Shown: positions 18,880 to 29,323, numbered from the stretch's first letter. The stretch is 64,000 nucleotides of DNA from Candidatus Dormiibacterota bacterium (GCA_963823765.1 CAWGML010000003.1:99329-163328), one strand, 5' to 3'. Notes: a model not told the origin generated them from the letters alone. Made by a program: numbers and translations.

Positions 18880-20670
18880 GTGGCCGGCGCCGACGGGCCG
18901 CGCCCGCGCGGGGCCTATGTGCGGCTCGGGTTCGCCAGCGCGGGCGTCCTTCTCGGCGCCGCCGACACGTACGTCGTGGTGGTGGCGCTGCCGGCGATCA
19001 TGTCGTCGGTCGGCATCGACCTGGCGCACCTCCAGCAGGCCACACCGATCATCAGCGGTTTCCTTGTCGGCTACGTCGCCGCGCTGCCGGTGATGGGCCG
19101 GCTCTCGGACATCCACGGCCGGGCCCCTGTGCTCAGCGCCTGCCTGCTGCTCTTCGCCGGTGGCTCACTGATCACCGCGTCGGCGACCACCCTGGGCGGC
19201 GTGGTGGTGGGGCGCACCCTGCAGGGCGCGGGCGGCGGAGGCTTGGTGCCCGTGACCCTCGCGCTCGTCGCCGACGTGTGGCCGGTGCGGCGGCGCGGGG
19301 TCCCGCTGGGTGTGGTCGGCGCCGTGCAGGAGTTCGGGAGCATCGTCGGTCCGCTGTACGGTGCGGCGCTGACCGCCGTGAGCACGTGGCGCGCCATCTT
19401 CTACGTCAACATCCCACTCGCCGCAATGATCGCCACAGGTGTGGGACGAGCGGGTCGACGGACCCGCCCCCTTCGGGATGGGCGGCCGGACGTGCTCGGA
19501 CGTGCTCTCGCGTTGGTGTGCGGCGTGGCCACCGTCCTCGCTGTGGCGAGGCCTCCCGCGCTGGCCGACGACGTGACCGTCGGAGGCGCCTTCACCCCGC
19601 TCTTGGCGGACCTGCCGATCACCTCGCCGGTCGCGCTCATCGCGCTCGCCTGTGCCGTCGCGTTCGTGGTGCGAGAGCTCACTGCCGGTGCCGCCGTCCG
19701 GCCGATGTTGCCGTTGCGAGGTGTCCGGCGCGGCCTGCAGCGTGTCGACTGGCCTGGGGGCGCGCTGGTGGCGGCAACACTCGGCTGCATCGTGGTTGGG
19801 TTCGCCACCGCCGACCCGCAGCGGGGCGTGCTCGGCAACTCCGCCCCGGTGCTGCTCCCGGCCGCGTCCCTCCTGGCCCTCCTCTTCGTGGTGCGTGAGC
19901 TGCATGCCGTCGAGCCACTCGTCGATCTCCGCGCCCTGCGCGACCGCGCAGCCGCGGGCTCGCTGCTGACCAACCTCGCCGTCGGGGCCGCCCTGATGGC
20001 AGCGCTGGTCGACATCCCCGTGTTCGCGCGTCTGACGGTCGATCCCGATTCACAGGTTGCCGCGGCGCTCGTGCTGGGGCGGTTGCTCGTCGCCGTCCCG
20101 GTCGGAGCCGTCGCCGGCGGCCTCCTGGTCGGACGCGCCGGGTACCGCCTGGTGGCGGCCGCCGGGATGCTGCTCAGCGGCTCGATGTTCGCGCTCATGG
20201 CCGGCTGGTCTTCCGATGCGCTGAACGACCCGCTGGCCGGCATGGGATGGCTGCATGCCAGCGACCTCGTGCTGGTTGGCTGCGGGCTCGGGTTCGGGCT
20301 GTCGATCGTGCCGATCACCGCGGCCATCCTGGCCGCGGTCCCGCAGCGGCTCCACGGCGTGGCCGCGTCGCTCACCGTGGCGGCGCGGATGGTCGGCATG
20401 CTCGCCGGTCTCTCGTTGCTGACCGCCATCGGCCTGCGACGTTTCTACAGTCTGCAGGCGATGCTGCCGGACCCCGCGCGCCTCTGCCCCAAGACCCCGC
20501 TCAACTGCGCCGCGTTCAACACGCTGGAGACCGCCGCGGCCGTCGACGAGCTCCACGTCATCTTCGTGGGCGCTGCGGTGTGCTCGCTCATCGCCGCCGC
20601 CACCGCTGTGGCGCTGCTGCGCGGCCGGGGCACGGCGCGCTCCGCGATCCTCGGGGTGGGGGTGGGATGA
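18880..20670 (+). CDS. MFS transporter, P55/Rv1410c-like (14-TM DHA2)
   Basis: GVLLGAADTYVVV, GYVAALPVMGRLSD, LVPVTLALVADVW, GAVQEFGSIVGPLYG and WRAIFYVNIP match recalled Rv1410c motifs. Confidence 0.88.
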   Translation: MAGADGPRPRGAYVRLGFASAGVLLGAADTYVVVVALPAIMSSVGIDLAHLQQATPIISGFLVGYVAALPVMGRLSDIHGRAPVLSACLLLFAGGSLITASATTLGGVVVGRTLQGAGGGGLVPVTLALVADVWPVRRRGVPLGVVGAVQEFGSIVGPLYGAALTAVSTWRAIFYVNIPLAAMIATGVGRAGRRTRPLRDGRPDVLGRALALVCGVATVLAVARPPALADDVTVGGAFTPLLADLPITSPVALIALACAVAFVVRELTAGAAVRPMLPLRGVRRGLQRVDWPGGALVAATLGCIVVGFATADPQRGVLGNSAPVLLPAASLLALLFVVRELHAVEPLVDLRALRDRAAAGSLLTNLAVGAALMAALVDIPVFARLTVDPDSQVAAALVLGRLLVAVPVGAVAGGLLVGRAGYRLVAAAGMLLSGSMFALMAGWSSDALNDPLAGMGWLHASDLVLVGCGLGFGLSIVPITAAILAAVPQRLHGVAASLTVAARMVGMLAGLSLLTAIGLRRFYSLQAMLPDPARLCPKTPLNCAAFNTLETAAAVDELHVIFVGAAVCSLIAAATAVALLRGRGTARSAILGVGVG

Positions 20671-22055
20671 GCGTCGAGCTCCGCGAGCACCAGCTTCCGC
20701 TGACCGAGCAGTTGCTCATCGAGGCCGTCGCGGACGCGGCGACGACAGCGGGGATCGAGACCTACCTGGTGGGCGGCTTCGTCCGCGATCGCCTGCTCGG
20801 ACGCGCTGTCAAGGACATCGACCTGCTCGCCGTCGCTGACGACGGCGCGCGCATCCTCGAGGAGGTCGCGAAGCGTTTCGGGTGGGCGCCTCCGCAGCGG
20901 TTCGAGCGTTTCGGCACCGGACAGGTGCGCGGGGGCGGCTTCGTCGTCGAGGTGGTGCGCGCCCGCTCGGAGAGCTACGACGCGAGCTCGCGCAAGCCGG
21001 AAGTGCTTCCCGGCACGCTCGAGCAGGACATCTGGCGCCGCGACTTCACGGTCAACGCCCTCTGCCAGACCCTGCAGGGCCGGGTGATCGACGTGACCGG
21101 CCGGGGGCTCGACGACCTGCGCCGGGGCGTGTTGCGCACACCACTCGACCCCGAGCAGACCTTCAGCGAGGACCCCCTGCGCATGTTCCGCGCCGCCAGG
21201 TTCGCCGCGCAGCTCGGCTTCACGCTGGCACCCGGGCTCACCGTGGCGATGAGCCGGATGGCGGGGCGTTCGTCGATCCTCAGCGCCGAGCGGGTGGCCG
21301 AGGAGTTCCGTCGCCTGCTGCTGTCCGACCACCCCCGAGCCGGCCTCGAGGTGCTGCGCGACGGCGGCCTGCTCACCGTGTGGCTCCCCGAGCTCGAGGC
21401 GATGGTGGGTGTGGAGCAGGGCGGCTTCCACATCTACGACGTCTTCGACCACAGCGCGCACACGGTGGCTGATGTGCCTGCCGACCTGGTGACCCGGCTC
21501 GCGGCCCTGCTGCACGACGTCGGCAAGCCACCGACCCACTCCGTGGAGTCCGGCAAGCACACCTTCTACGACCATCCCGCGGTCGGGGCCGCGATCACGA
21601 CCAACCTGCTGTCGCGCCTGCGCTTCAGCAACGACGAGATCGCCGCCACGGCCCTGCTGGTGCGTCATCACCTCCGGCCCATCCAGTACGAGCCCCGGGA
21701 GTGGGGTGACTCGGCGGTGCGCCGCCTGGTGCGCGACATCGGCGACCAGCGCGATCGTCTGCTCGACCTCGCACGCGCTGACACGCACGCCTCGTCGTAC
21801 CCCGACACCGATGCCATCGACGAGCTCGAGGAGCGCATGCGGCGGCTCGACGCGGGCGGCGCTGTGTCGCACCTTCGCGCCCCCCTTGACGGCAACGAGA
21901 TCGTGCGCCTGGCGGGCGGTCGCGCACCTGGACCGTGGGTTGGACGCGTCCAACGCGCCCTCGAGGAGGCGGTGCTCGATGGCGCCATCGCCTCGGACGA
22001 CCCGGATGACGCGCGACGCTGGCTGGAGCGCCACCCCGACCTGCTCGCCGGCTGA
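20667..22055 (+). CDS. cca: CCA tRNA nucleotidyltransferase / poly(A) polymerase family with HD domain
   Basis: LVGGFVRD, KDIDL, RRDFTVNAL, EDPLRMFRAARF and ALLHDVGKP. Confidence 0.9.
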   Translation: MSVELREHQLPLTEQLLIEAVADAATTAGIETYLVGGFVRDRLLGRAVKDIDLLAVADDGARILEEVAKRFGWAPPQRFERFGTGQVRGGGFVVEVVRARSESYDASSRKPEVLPGTLEQDIWRRDFTVNALCQTLQGRVIDVTGRGLDDLRRGVLRTPLDPEQTFSEDPLRMFRAARFAAQLGFTLAPGLTVAMSRMAGRSSILSAERVAEEFRRLLLSDHPRAGLEVLRDGGLLTVWLPELEAMVGVEQGGFHIYDVFDHSAHTVADVPADLVTRLAALLHDVGKPPTHSVESGKHTFYDHPAVGAAITTNLLSRLRFSNDEIAATALLVRHHLRPIQYEPREWGDSAVRRLVRDIGDQRDRLLDLARADTHASSYPDTDAIDELEERMRRLDAGGAVSHLRAPLDGNEIVRLAGGRAPGPWVGRVQRALEEAVLDGAIASDDPDDARRWLERHPDLLAG

Positions 22056-22099
22056 GCCACTCACGGCCGGCGCCGCTGCGAGCCTAGACTACGCGGTCC

Positions 22100-22540
22100 A
22101 TGCTGAGCCGTCTGCGCTTCCTCAAGCGCCTTGCCGTCGACCTGCCCAGGCAGGCACGCCTCGCCTACTGCCTGATGCGCGATGACCGCGTCCCGCTGCA
22201 CACCAAGGTCGCGTTCGGCGCGGGGATCGCGGTCATCGTGACCCCGTTCATCGACCTGCCGGCGGCGATCCCCGTCGTCGGCGAGCTCGACATGGTGGCG
22301 CTGTCGTTGCTCGCATTGCGCCTGTTCATCGCCGCATGCCCGGACGACGTCGTCGTCGACCTGGAGCAGCAGATCCTCGAGGGCCGCAGCGTCTTCGACG
22401 AGGACCTGCGCTCCGGCGAGCGCGTCGCCACGGCGATAGCGCGACGTTTCGACCGCTCCGACCCGGGGCCGGGCCACCCTGTTGATTCCAGCCGGACAAC
22501 GTCGCCAGAGGCGACCGAGCAAACGGGAGTTGGCGCGTGA
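22100..22540 (+). CDS. YkvA/DUF1232-family protein
   Basis: DDRVPLHTKV..., TPFIDLPAAIPVVGELD motif. Confidence 0.75.
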   Translation: MLSRLRFLKRLAVDLPRQARLAYCLMRDDRVPLHTKVAFGAGIAVIVTPFIDLPAAIPVVGELDMVALSLLALRLFIAACPDDVVVDLEQQILEGRSVFDEDLRSGERVATAIARRFDRSDPGPGHPVDSSRTTSPEATEQTGVGA

Positions 22541-22983
22541 AGGTGCTGTTCGTCAAGGAGGTCCAGGGGACCGCCAAGGCAGGTGACGTCAAAGAGGTAT
22601 CGCCGGGGTACGCCCGCAACTACCTGCTCCCGAAGAGGCTCGCGGTGGTCGCTGACGACCGTGCCATCGAGCAGATCAAGCAGCGCGAGGAGGCCACGCG
22701 GCGGCGCGTCGAGAAGGCGCTGACCGAGGCGCGTGAGTCGGCGGCACGGCTCAAGAAGCTGACCGTCACCATCTACGCCAAGACGGGAGAGGGCGGCCGG
22801 CTGTTCGGCTCGGTGACCAACGCGGACATCGCCACCCAGCTGAAACGCGAGGCGGGCCTCGACATCGACAAGCGCAAGATCGAGGTGGAGCCTCCGATCA
22901 AGTCGCTGGGTCCGCACGAGGTCACCGTCCAGCTGCACACGGAGGTCACAGAGACACTGCGCGTCGTCGTCGCCGCGCAGTGA
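22537..22983 (+). CDS. rplI: 50S ribosomal protein L9
   Basis: MKVLF, GYARNYLLP, GRLFGSVTNADIA and LHTEV. Confidence 0.97.
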   Translation: MKVLFVKEVQGTAKAGDVKEVSPGYARNYLLPKRLAVVADDRAIEQIKQREEATRRRVEKALTEARESAARLKKLTVTIYAKTGEGGRLFGSVTNADIATQLKREAGLDIDKRKIEVEPPIKSLGPHEVTVQLHTEVTETLRVVVAAQ

Positions 22984-24350
22984 CCTCGCAACCGGCCTCC
23001 GACATCGCCGTCAACCTCACCGGGGCGATCACGTCCGGCCGCGTGCCACCCAGCGACCTCGGCGCCGAGCGCGCGGTTCTCGGCTCGCTGATGATCGACC
23101 AGGCGGCCATCGCGGAGATTCGCGACTTCCTCGAGCCCGAGGACTTCTACGCGGAGCGCCACGCCCACATCTACAGAGCGGCGACGGCACTGGCCGATCG
23201 CGGTGACCCGATCGACGAGGTGACGCTGCAGTCGCAGCTCGAGCGCGGCCCCGGCCTCGGCCGCGCCGGCGGTCTCGACTACATCTCCGAGCTGACCCTC
23301 GAGGTGCCCACGGCGGCATCGGTCCGCCACTGGGCGGAGATCGTCATCAACCACGCGCTGCGCCGCCGGCTCATCGCGGCCGGCGGCGAGGTGGCCCGTC
23401 TGGGGTTCGACAACGCGGTCACCGCCGCCGACGCCATCGAGTCCGCGGAGCAGCGCATCTTCGCGATCAGCCAGGCGCGACGCGGCAACGAGGCGGTGCA
23501 CATCGCCAAGCTCGTCCACGACACCTGGGAGATGCTCGAGGAGCGCCTCCAGCGCAAGGAGCTGATCAACGGCGTGCGCACCAACTACGCACGCCTGGAC
23601 GGTCTCACCCAGGGCCTGCAGCCGCAGGAGCTGGTGATCCTCGCCGCGCGCCCGTCGGTGGGCAAGACGTCGTTCGCGCTCAACATCGCTCGCAACGCGG
23701 CGGTCCTTGCACGCGTGCCGGTGGCGATCTTCTCGCTCGAGATGAGCCGTCAGGCGCTTGCCCAGCGGCTCATCTGCAGCGAGGCGACGGTCAACTCCCA
23801 CGTGCTGCGCAGCGGCCAGGCCAGCCAGCTCGACTTCCAGCGCATCGCGGCCGCCATGGACAAGCTGACCCAGGCGGAGCTGTGGATCGACGACACCCCG
23901 CGGCTCTCGATCGCGACCCTGCGAGCGCGTGCGCGGCGCATGAAGTCGCAGCACGGGATCGGGCTGGTGATCATCGACTACCTGCAGCTGATGCAGGGCG
24001 GCCGCCAGGAGTCACGCGTGCAGGAGGTGTCGGACATCTCCTCGGGCCTGAAGGCGGTGGCCAAGGAGCTCGAGGTGCCGGTGCTGGCGCTCTCGCAGCT
24101 GTCGCGGGCCAGCGAGCAGCGCAACGACAAGCGTCCCCAACTCTCCGACCTGCGCGACTCCGGCGCCATCGAGCAGGACGCGGACGTTGTGCTGTTCCTC
24201 TATCGCGAGGGGATGCACAAGCCCGACGTCGACAAGGCGCGCACCGACCTCATCGTCGCCAAGAACCGCAATGGGCCGGTCGGCGACATCGAGCTGATCT
24301 TCAACGCCGAGCAGACGACGTTCAGGGAGCCCTACCCGCACGACGAGTGA
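22980..24350 (+). CDS. dnaB: Replicative DNA helicase
   Basis: AERAVLGSL, LAARPSVGKT, FSLEM, IDYLQLM, LSQLSR and DLRDSGAIEQDADVV. No intein. Confidence 0.97.
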   Translation: MTSQPASDIAVNLTGAITSGRVPPSDLGAERAVLGSLMIDQAAIAEIRDFLEPEDFYAERHAHIYRAATALADRGDPIDEVTLQSQLERGPGLGRAGGLDYISELTLEVPTAASVRHWAEIVINHALRRRLIAAGGEVARLGFDNAVTAADAIESAEQRIFAISQARRGNEAVHIAKLVHDTWEMLEERLQRKELINGVRTNYARLDGLTQGLQPQELVILAARPSVGKTSFALNIARNAAVLARVPVAIFSLEMSRQALAQRLICSEATVNSHVLRSGQASQLDFQRIAAAMDKLTQAELWIDDTPRLSIATLRARARRMKSQHGIGLVIIDYLQLMQGGRQESRVQEVSDISSGLKAVAKELEVPVLALSQLSRASEQRNDKRPQLSDLRDSGAIEQDADVVLFLYREGMHKPDVDKARTDLIVAKNRNGPVGDIELIFNAEQTTFREPYPHDE

Positions 24351-24421
24351 TCAGGGGTGTTGCGGGCGGACATGACGCGGACAAAGTGCTGACAGCATAA
24401 GCATTTTCTGCAACCTGAAGA

Positions 24422-24450
24422 TTGCAACACGAACAGGTGTTCGCTATCAT
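24422..24450 (+). promoter_or_regulatory. Sigma-70-type promoter with a Gram-positive-type LexA (SOS) box in the spacer
   Basis: TTGCAA (24422-27), 17 nt, TATCAT (24445-50). CGAAC-AGGT-GTTCG at 24430-24443. Confidence 0.8.
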
Positions 24451-24457
24451 CAAACGC

Positions 24458-25669
24458 GTGGTCGCGCAACTCGCTCCGTCGCCGACTCCGCTCAGCACAG
24501 CGGTGGACGCGCTGGTCGCCGAACCCCTCGATGGCCTCTCCGACGGCGCGCTGGGCAGCGACATCATCGACATCCGCCGCGAGATCGACCGGCTCGAGGG
24601 CGAGTGTCTTCGCCGTCTGCATCGCTTCGATCGCAGCCACGGGGCACTGGCGGAAGGCGCGGTCAGCACCGTCTCCTGGTTGCGCGCCAGCTGCGGTGTC
24701 ACCGGCGCCGTCGCAGCCCAGCGCGTGGGCATGGCCCGCATGCTCGCTGACCTGCCGACGCGCGAGCGACAGCCTGTGTGCGGGGCGCGCCTCCTTCACC
24801 AACATCGGGCTCATCGCCAGGCTGGCTGAGGACGTTGGCGTGCAGCGCGTACGAACGGTCGAGGACACGCTGGTCACCGCGGCTGAGCAGCTCGACCCCG
24901 GGCGGATGCGCTACCTCGCCCTCTTCACCCGGATGAACTCGATGCCGACGGAGCCCTGGAGAGGGAAAACAGGAACCACGACCGCCGCTGGTTCGCCTGC
25001 GACCAGACATTCGGCGGCGTCTTCGTGCTTCGCGGTGAGCTCGACGCGGAAGGAGGCGCGCTTCTCAAGACCGCCCTCGACGCGCTCTGCCCACCGTCAG
25101 GACCGGATGACTCGCGCACGGGTTCACAACGGCGTGCCGACGCACTGGTCGATCTCGCGTCGCGACAGCTCCAGGACGGCTCCGTGCCCTCCGTGCACGG
25201 TCAGCGGCCGCACCTGACGCTCACCGCGAGCATTGAGACGCTGTCACGACAGCCTGGCGCGGGTTCGGCAGATGTGTGTGGCATCGGACCGGTGCACGCC
25301 GAGACCGCGCGCCGGCTGGCGTGTGACGCGGTGTGCACGGTGCTGGCGGTGGCACCGGGCGTGGACACCACGGCGACGGGCCTCCCGCCAGGCCTCAAGC
25401 CGTTGGCGGCCGGCCGGGCCACCCGCATAATCCCGCCGCCCATTCGCACGGCACTGCACGCGCGCGACAGGGGCTGTCGCTTCCCGGGTTGTGACCGTCC
25501 GCCGCAGTGGACTGACGGCCACCACATCGAGCACTGGGCTGACCTCGGAGAAACGGAGGTGGACAACCTCGTGAGCCTGTGCCGGAGGCATCACCGCTTC
25601 GTGCACGAGAAAGGGTGGGAGGTTCGTCTCGACGAACAGGGCACCCCCGTCATCACGCCACCTCCCTGA
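24458..25669 (+). pseudogene. DUF222/HNH endonuclease (REP13E12-like), interrupted by two compensating frameshifts (~24760 and ~24936)
   Basis: Three joined segments give ...MLADLPT/ASDSLCAGRASF...RYLALFTR/LDADGALERE...QRRADAL...RDRGCRFPGCDRPPQWTDGHHIEHWADLGETEVDNLVSLCRRHHRFVH. May be intact if the indels are sequencing errors. Confidence 0.8.
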
Positions 25670-25710
25670 ACGGACGCTGCGCCGGTCGAAGTGCGGCGGT
25701 CAGTTGACCG

Positions 25711-25980
25711 TCACAGCGTCCACTGCAGCAGAGCGATCACGCCGACACCGGCGATCACTGTCATGGCCAGCATGAGCAGACAACCGGAGCAGCAGGAGAA
25801 GCGTCGTCGTCTGCGTGCGTACTCGTAGCCGCCCACCGCCGGGTACACGCGACGGCCGAAGCGCGTGGTGTACCGAGACACGATGGGGTAGGCACGTTCG
25901 AGGTGGGGGCGAACCCGACGGTGGCGCAGGATCCGCATGACGATGATGTCCACGAGCAGCCAGCGAAGAAACACGGGCAC
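25711..25980 (-). CDS. Small hypothetical membrane protein (89 aa)
   Basis: AAGGAG RBS and GTG; Arg-rich core then CCSGC and a C-terminal hydrophobic helix. Confidence 0.5.
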   Translation of the reverse strand: MPVFLRWLLVDIIVMRILRHRRVRPHLERAYPIVSRYTTRFGRRVYPAVGGYEYARRRRRFSCCSGCLLMLAMTVIAGVGVIALLQWTL

Positions 25981-26145
25981 GGTATGGCGCTCCTTGCGTT
26001 GATGGCGGCCGTCTCGAGCGGCCCGACCAGTGCATACCCCTCGGTACCGTCCACCACACATGGGGGTCAGGAGCCCCAGTTGCGCACGCCGGTTGCGCGT
26101 TCCCGCGCCGTAGAGTCGCGGCCACAGACCACGGAGAACGTACCA

Positions 26146-26736
26146 ATGGCAGAACGAGACGTATTCATCTTGTCGGAGCAGGCACTTGCGGACGTGATCG
26201 CGCAGATCCGCGACGACCAGTGGGAGCAGCGCAGGCCGGAGTGGTTCCAGACCGGCGGCCAGGGGGACGCCTCGCTGCGCGACATCGTCAACTACCACGC
26301 CTACGACTCGGCGTGGGTGCCCGACGTGCTCGCCGGCAAGACCATCGCCGAGGTGAGCGACGTCCACGAGCACCTCAAGACGGGAGCACACCCGGACTAC
26401 CGCGCTGCCAGTGATGCCGCGATCGCGGCGGCCCGGGCCCTGGAAGACCCGGAGCGGGTGGTCCACCTCTCCTACGGCGACTTCCCCGCCCGCGAGTACC
26501 TCCGTCATTGCACGTCCTTTCGCGGCTTCCGGGTGTTCGACATCGCCCGGTGGATCGGGGCCAGCACCAAGATGCCCCCCGAGCTGGTGCGGAGCATGTG
26601 GGACGAGCTCAGCCCCGACATGGACGCCTGGCGCGCGATCGGCGTCTATCGTGAGGCCGTCCCCGTCACCGAGGACGCTCCGCTCCAGGATCGGCTGCTC
26701 GCCAAGTCCGGGCGCAACCCCAGACCAGACGCCTGA
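26146..26736 (+). CDS. TIGR03086/maleylpyruvate-isomerase N-terminal (DinB superfamily) metal-binding protein
   Basis: QW..., SLRDIVNYH, VHLSYGDFPAREY, FDIARWIG and LQDRLLAKSGRNP. GGAGA RBS. Confidence 0.75.
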   Translation: MAERDVFILSEQALADVIAQIRDDQWEQRRPEWFQTGGQGDASLRDIVNYHAYDSAWVPDVLAGKTIAEVSDVHEHLKTGAHPDYRAASDAAIAAARALEDPERVVHLSYGDFPAREYLRHCTSFRGFRVFDIARWIGASTKMPPELVRSMWDELSPDMDAWRAIGVYREAVPVTEDAPLQDRLLAKSGRNPRPDA

Positions 26737-26762
26737 CCTACCCGGTCGATGGTGGCTCGTCG

Positions 26763-27968
26763 CTACCCGAAGGCCACGAGCCGGTTCGTGGCCGGCACGA
26801 CGAGCAGCCCGTCGCCGGCAGCCATGGTCGCCCACGCCGCGGGGCTGTTCTCATCCATCGGGCTGGCTGGCGCTCCGAGCCTCTTCTTGGCCACAACCTT
26901 ACCGGTGGCCGGGTCGAGGACGAAAAGGCTGCCGGTGGTCGACCCGACGTACACATACCCGCCCACGCTGAACGGCGCCGAGATCAGGTGACCACTCGCG
27001 GCAAAGGACCACAGGGCCTGTCCCGTGCTCAGCGACTGCGCCCGCAGTGTGCGATCGGAGTACGAGAGGACGTACACGTGGTCGCCCATGAACGACGGAG
27101 GCGCGGAGTTGGAGGCTCCGGTGAAGGTCCCCGCCGGCGCGCCGTTCGAGGCGCGGAGAACGACGTTGGGGCCCGGGTTGGTGCCCGTGCCGCGGACGTA
27201 CACATGGCCCTTGTACGCGGCGTTGGAGCGGCCACCGCCACCAAAGCAGCTGGTGTTGTGGTGCCACGCGACCGATCCGGTGAGGTTGACGGCGTACGTC
27301 TGCTCGCAAGCCCCTGACATGAAGAGGCGCGAACCGTCGACGGCCGGCGGGTCGAAGGAGGAGAGGTAATCGAGCTGAACCGACCACAGGGCGGATCCGT
27401 CGCTCTCGTCCAGCGCCAGCACCCGGCCGCCTGAGTCGGCCTCGGGCACGTACACGACACCTCCGCTGGCGGTGAGCGGGGCCCCGGCGCTATTCCACCC
27501 GGGTTCGAGGGGGACATTCCACACGAGGCCGCCCGTCACCGCGTCGAAGGCCCGCACGCGATCCTCGTCGCTGACGACGTAGATTCGGCCGTTGTCATAG
27601 GCGGTCGCCGAGAAGTCGTATGGACCGGCAAGGGCGATCGGGCCCCACAGAGTGGCGCCGTTGCGGGCGTCGAGCGCATAGAGCTTGGAGCCGTACGCGC
27701 CCGGATTGGCCGGGGTCGCGTTCCCCACGGTCACGAACACGCGTCCCCCGACGATGAGGGGGTACGACACCAAGCCGTGGAGGTCGCGGGTCCACCTCAG
27801 CGCGGCGGTCGGCGCGAGCCGCATGCCCGAGGCAAGCGTGTGCTGGGCGTTCTGCGCGAACGACGTGGCCGTGTACTCGACGTCAGAGGCTGCGCGCGAA
27901 GGGGTTGACTGGAAAGCCAGCCAGGTCGGAGCCATGAGCGCGACCAGCGCCCACCCACGTCCACGCAC
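26763..27968 (-). CDS. Secreted PQQ-binding-like (BamB-type) beta-propeller protein
   Basis: Signal-like N-terminus; repeated ALDARNGATLW, AFDAVTGGLVW, ALDESDGSALW and LDPATGKVV blades. Confidence 0.82.
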   Translation of the reverse strand: MRGRGWALVALMAPTWLAFQSTPSRAASDVEYTATSFAQNAQHTLASGMRLAPTAALRWTRDLHGLVSYPLIVGGRVFVTVGNATPANPGAYGSKLYALDARNGATLWGPIALAGPYDFSATAYDNGRIYVVSDEDRVRAFDAVTGGLVWNVPLEPGWNSAGAPLTASGGVVYVPEADSGGRVLALDESDGSALWSVQLDYLSSFDPPAVDGSRLFMSGACEQTYAVNLTGSVAWHHNTSCFGGGGRSNAAYKGHVYVRGTGTNPGPNVVLRASNGAPAGTFTGASNSAPPSFMGDHVYVLSYSDRTLRAQSLSTGQALWSFAASGHLISAPFSVGGYVYVGSTTGSLFVLDPATGKVVAKKRLGAPASPMDENSPAAWATMAAGDGLLVVPATNRLVAFG

Positions 27969-28240
27969 ATCCGTCCCTCATCCGCCGTGCAGGGCACGAT
28001 CATGCGCCGGCGGTACCGGGGTCCGATCCCGTTCAGGACCGATGCTACCCCCGCGTAACGTCCATACTGGATCCGCACCCTCTGATCTGACGGCGGTGCA
28101 ACGCGTAGCGAACGCGTCGTAAGCGTGCAACGCTTGAATCGACCAGTTTTCGCGCCGGTGTAATGCTTTGTTGACGCGGGTCGTTAATAGGGGTGACGGA
28201 CCGCCGACCGTCCCGAATCGCTCGGTACATCGGTGGTTGA

Positions 28241-29323
28241 ATGGCTGACGTGAGGAGAGTCATGACCCGCGTTCGCGCCGTGCTCGGCTCGAAGTGGCTG
28301 CGAATTGGCGGGACGCTCGTCGGCGTCGCCTTTCTGCTCCACAACGTGGACATGGCCAAAGCCGGTCGCAGCATCATGGGTGCCGACTGGCGCTGGGCCA
28401 GCCTGGCCCTCGCCCTGACCGCCATCGCCTGCCTCGCCTCCGTCTTCGAGTGGGGCGTCCTGCTCCGCAGCAGCGCCGGCCTGGGCGTCCGCAACCCCGG
28501 CACTGACGCGGGCCACCGCCAGCACCACCATCTCTTCAGCTGGGGCCGGCTCTCCTCGTCGTACCTGCAGAGCCTGTTCTTCGCCCAGCTGCTCCCGGCC
28601 GGCGTGGGCGGCGACGCGATGCGCACGGTGGAGATGGGCAAGGTCGTCGGCCACGGCAAGATCCTCGCCTCGCTGGCCGGCAGCCGGATGGCGGGCACCA
28701 TGGGCATGGCCTTCTGGGGCCTCGCCGCGGCGGTCCTGCTGCGCGGCTGGATCGGGATCGGCTCTCTCATCGGCGCCTGCGTCTTCGCGGGCGTCATGGT
28801 GCTGGCCTGGATGGCCGCACTGGCCGCGGATCGCATCGTCGGCCGCCACTTCTTCGAGCGCAGCTCCCGCGCCTTCCTGCGCACCCTCAGCTCTTTCGCC
28901 CAGACCTTCTCCGGGTACCGCCGCCACCCCCACGCCATCGCACAGTGCATCGTGGTCGGCGCCGCTGGTTGGGGCGTCAACATCCTTGCGCTCGACATCT
29001 TCGCCCGCGCCATCGGGGTCGACGTCAGCTGGACGGTCTTCGCCGTCGCAATCCCGGTCACGCTGGTGGCCACCCTCACCCCCTTCTCGGTGAACGGCCT
29101 CGGCATTCGCGAGGGAGTGCTGGTCGGCATGCTCACCCACGCGGGTGTCTCGACAGGACACGCGGCCGCCATCGCGGTGCTCGTCGACCTCCAGATGCTG
29201 CCCTTCGGGATCCTCGGCGCGGGGTTGTGGATGCGCCACCGCCGGCGCAGCTCCGTGCCCTCCATCGAGGAGGTGGCGAGCGCCAAGTCCAGCGCCGTGC
29301 ACGAGGTCGCCCACGCCGCCTGA
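28241..29323 (+). CDS. Lysylphosphatidylglycerol synthase TM / flippase-like (YbhN/UPF0104) membrane protein
   Basis: FFAQLLPAGVGGDAMR and PFSVNGLGIREG motifs. Alternative start ATG 28262 has a GAGGAG RBS. Confidence 0.85.
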   Translation: MADVRRVMTRVRAVLGSKWLRIGGTLVGVAFLLHNVDMAKAGRSIMGADWRWASLALALTAIACLASVFEWGVLLRSSAGLGVRNPGTDAGHRQHHHLFSWGRLSSSYLQSLFFAQLLPAGVGGDAMRTVEMGKVVGHGKILASLAGSRMAGTMGMAFWGLAAAVLLRGWIGIGSLIGACVFAGVMVLAWMAALAADRIVGRHFFERSSRAFLRTLSSFAQTFSGYRRHPHAIAQCIVVGAAGWGVNILALDIFARAIGVDVSWTVFAVAIPVTLVATLTPFSVNGLGIREGVLVGMLTHAGVSTGHAAAIAVLVDLQMLPFGILGAGLWMRHRRRSSVPSIEEVASAKSSAVHEVAHAA

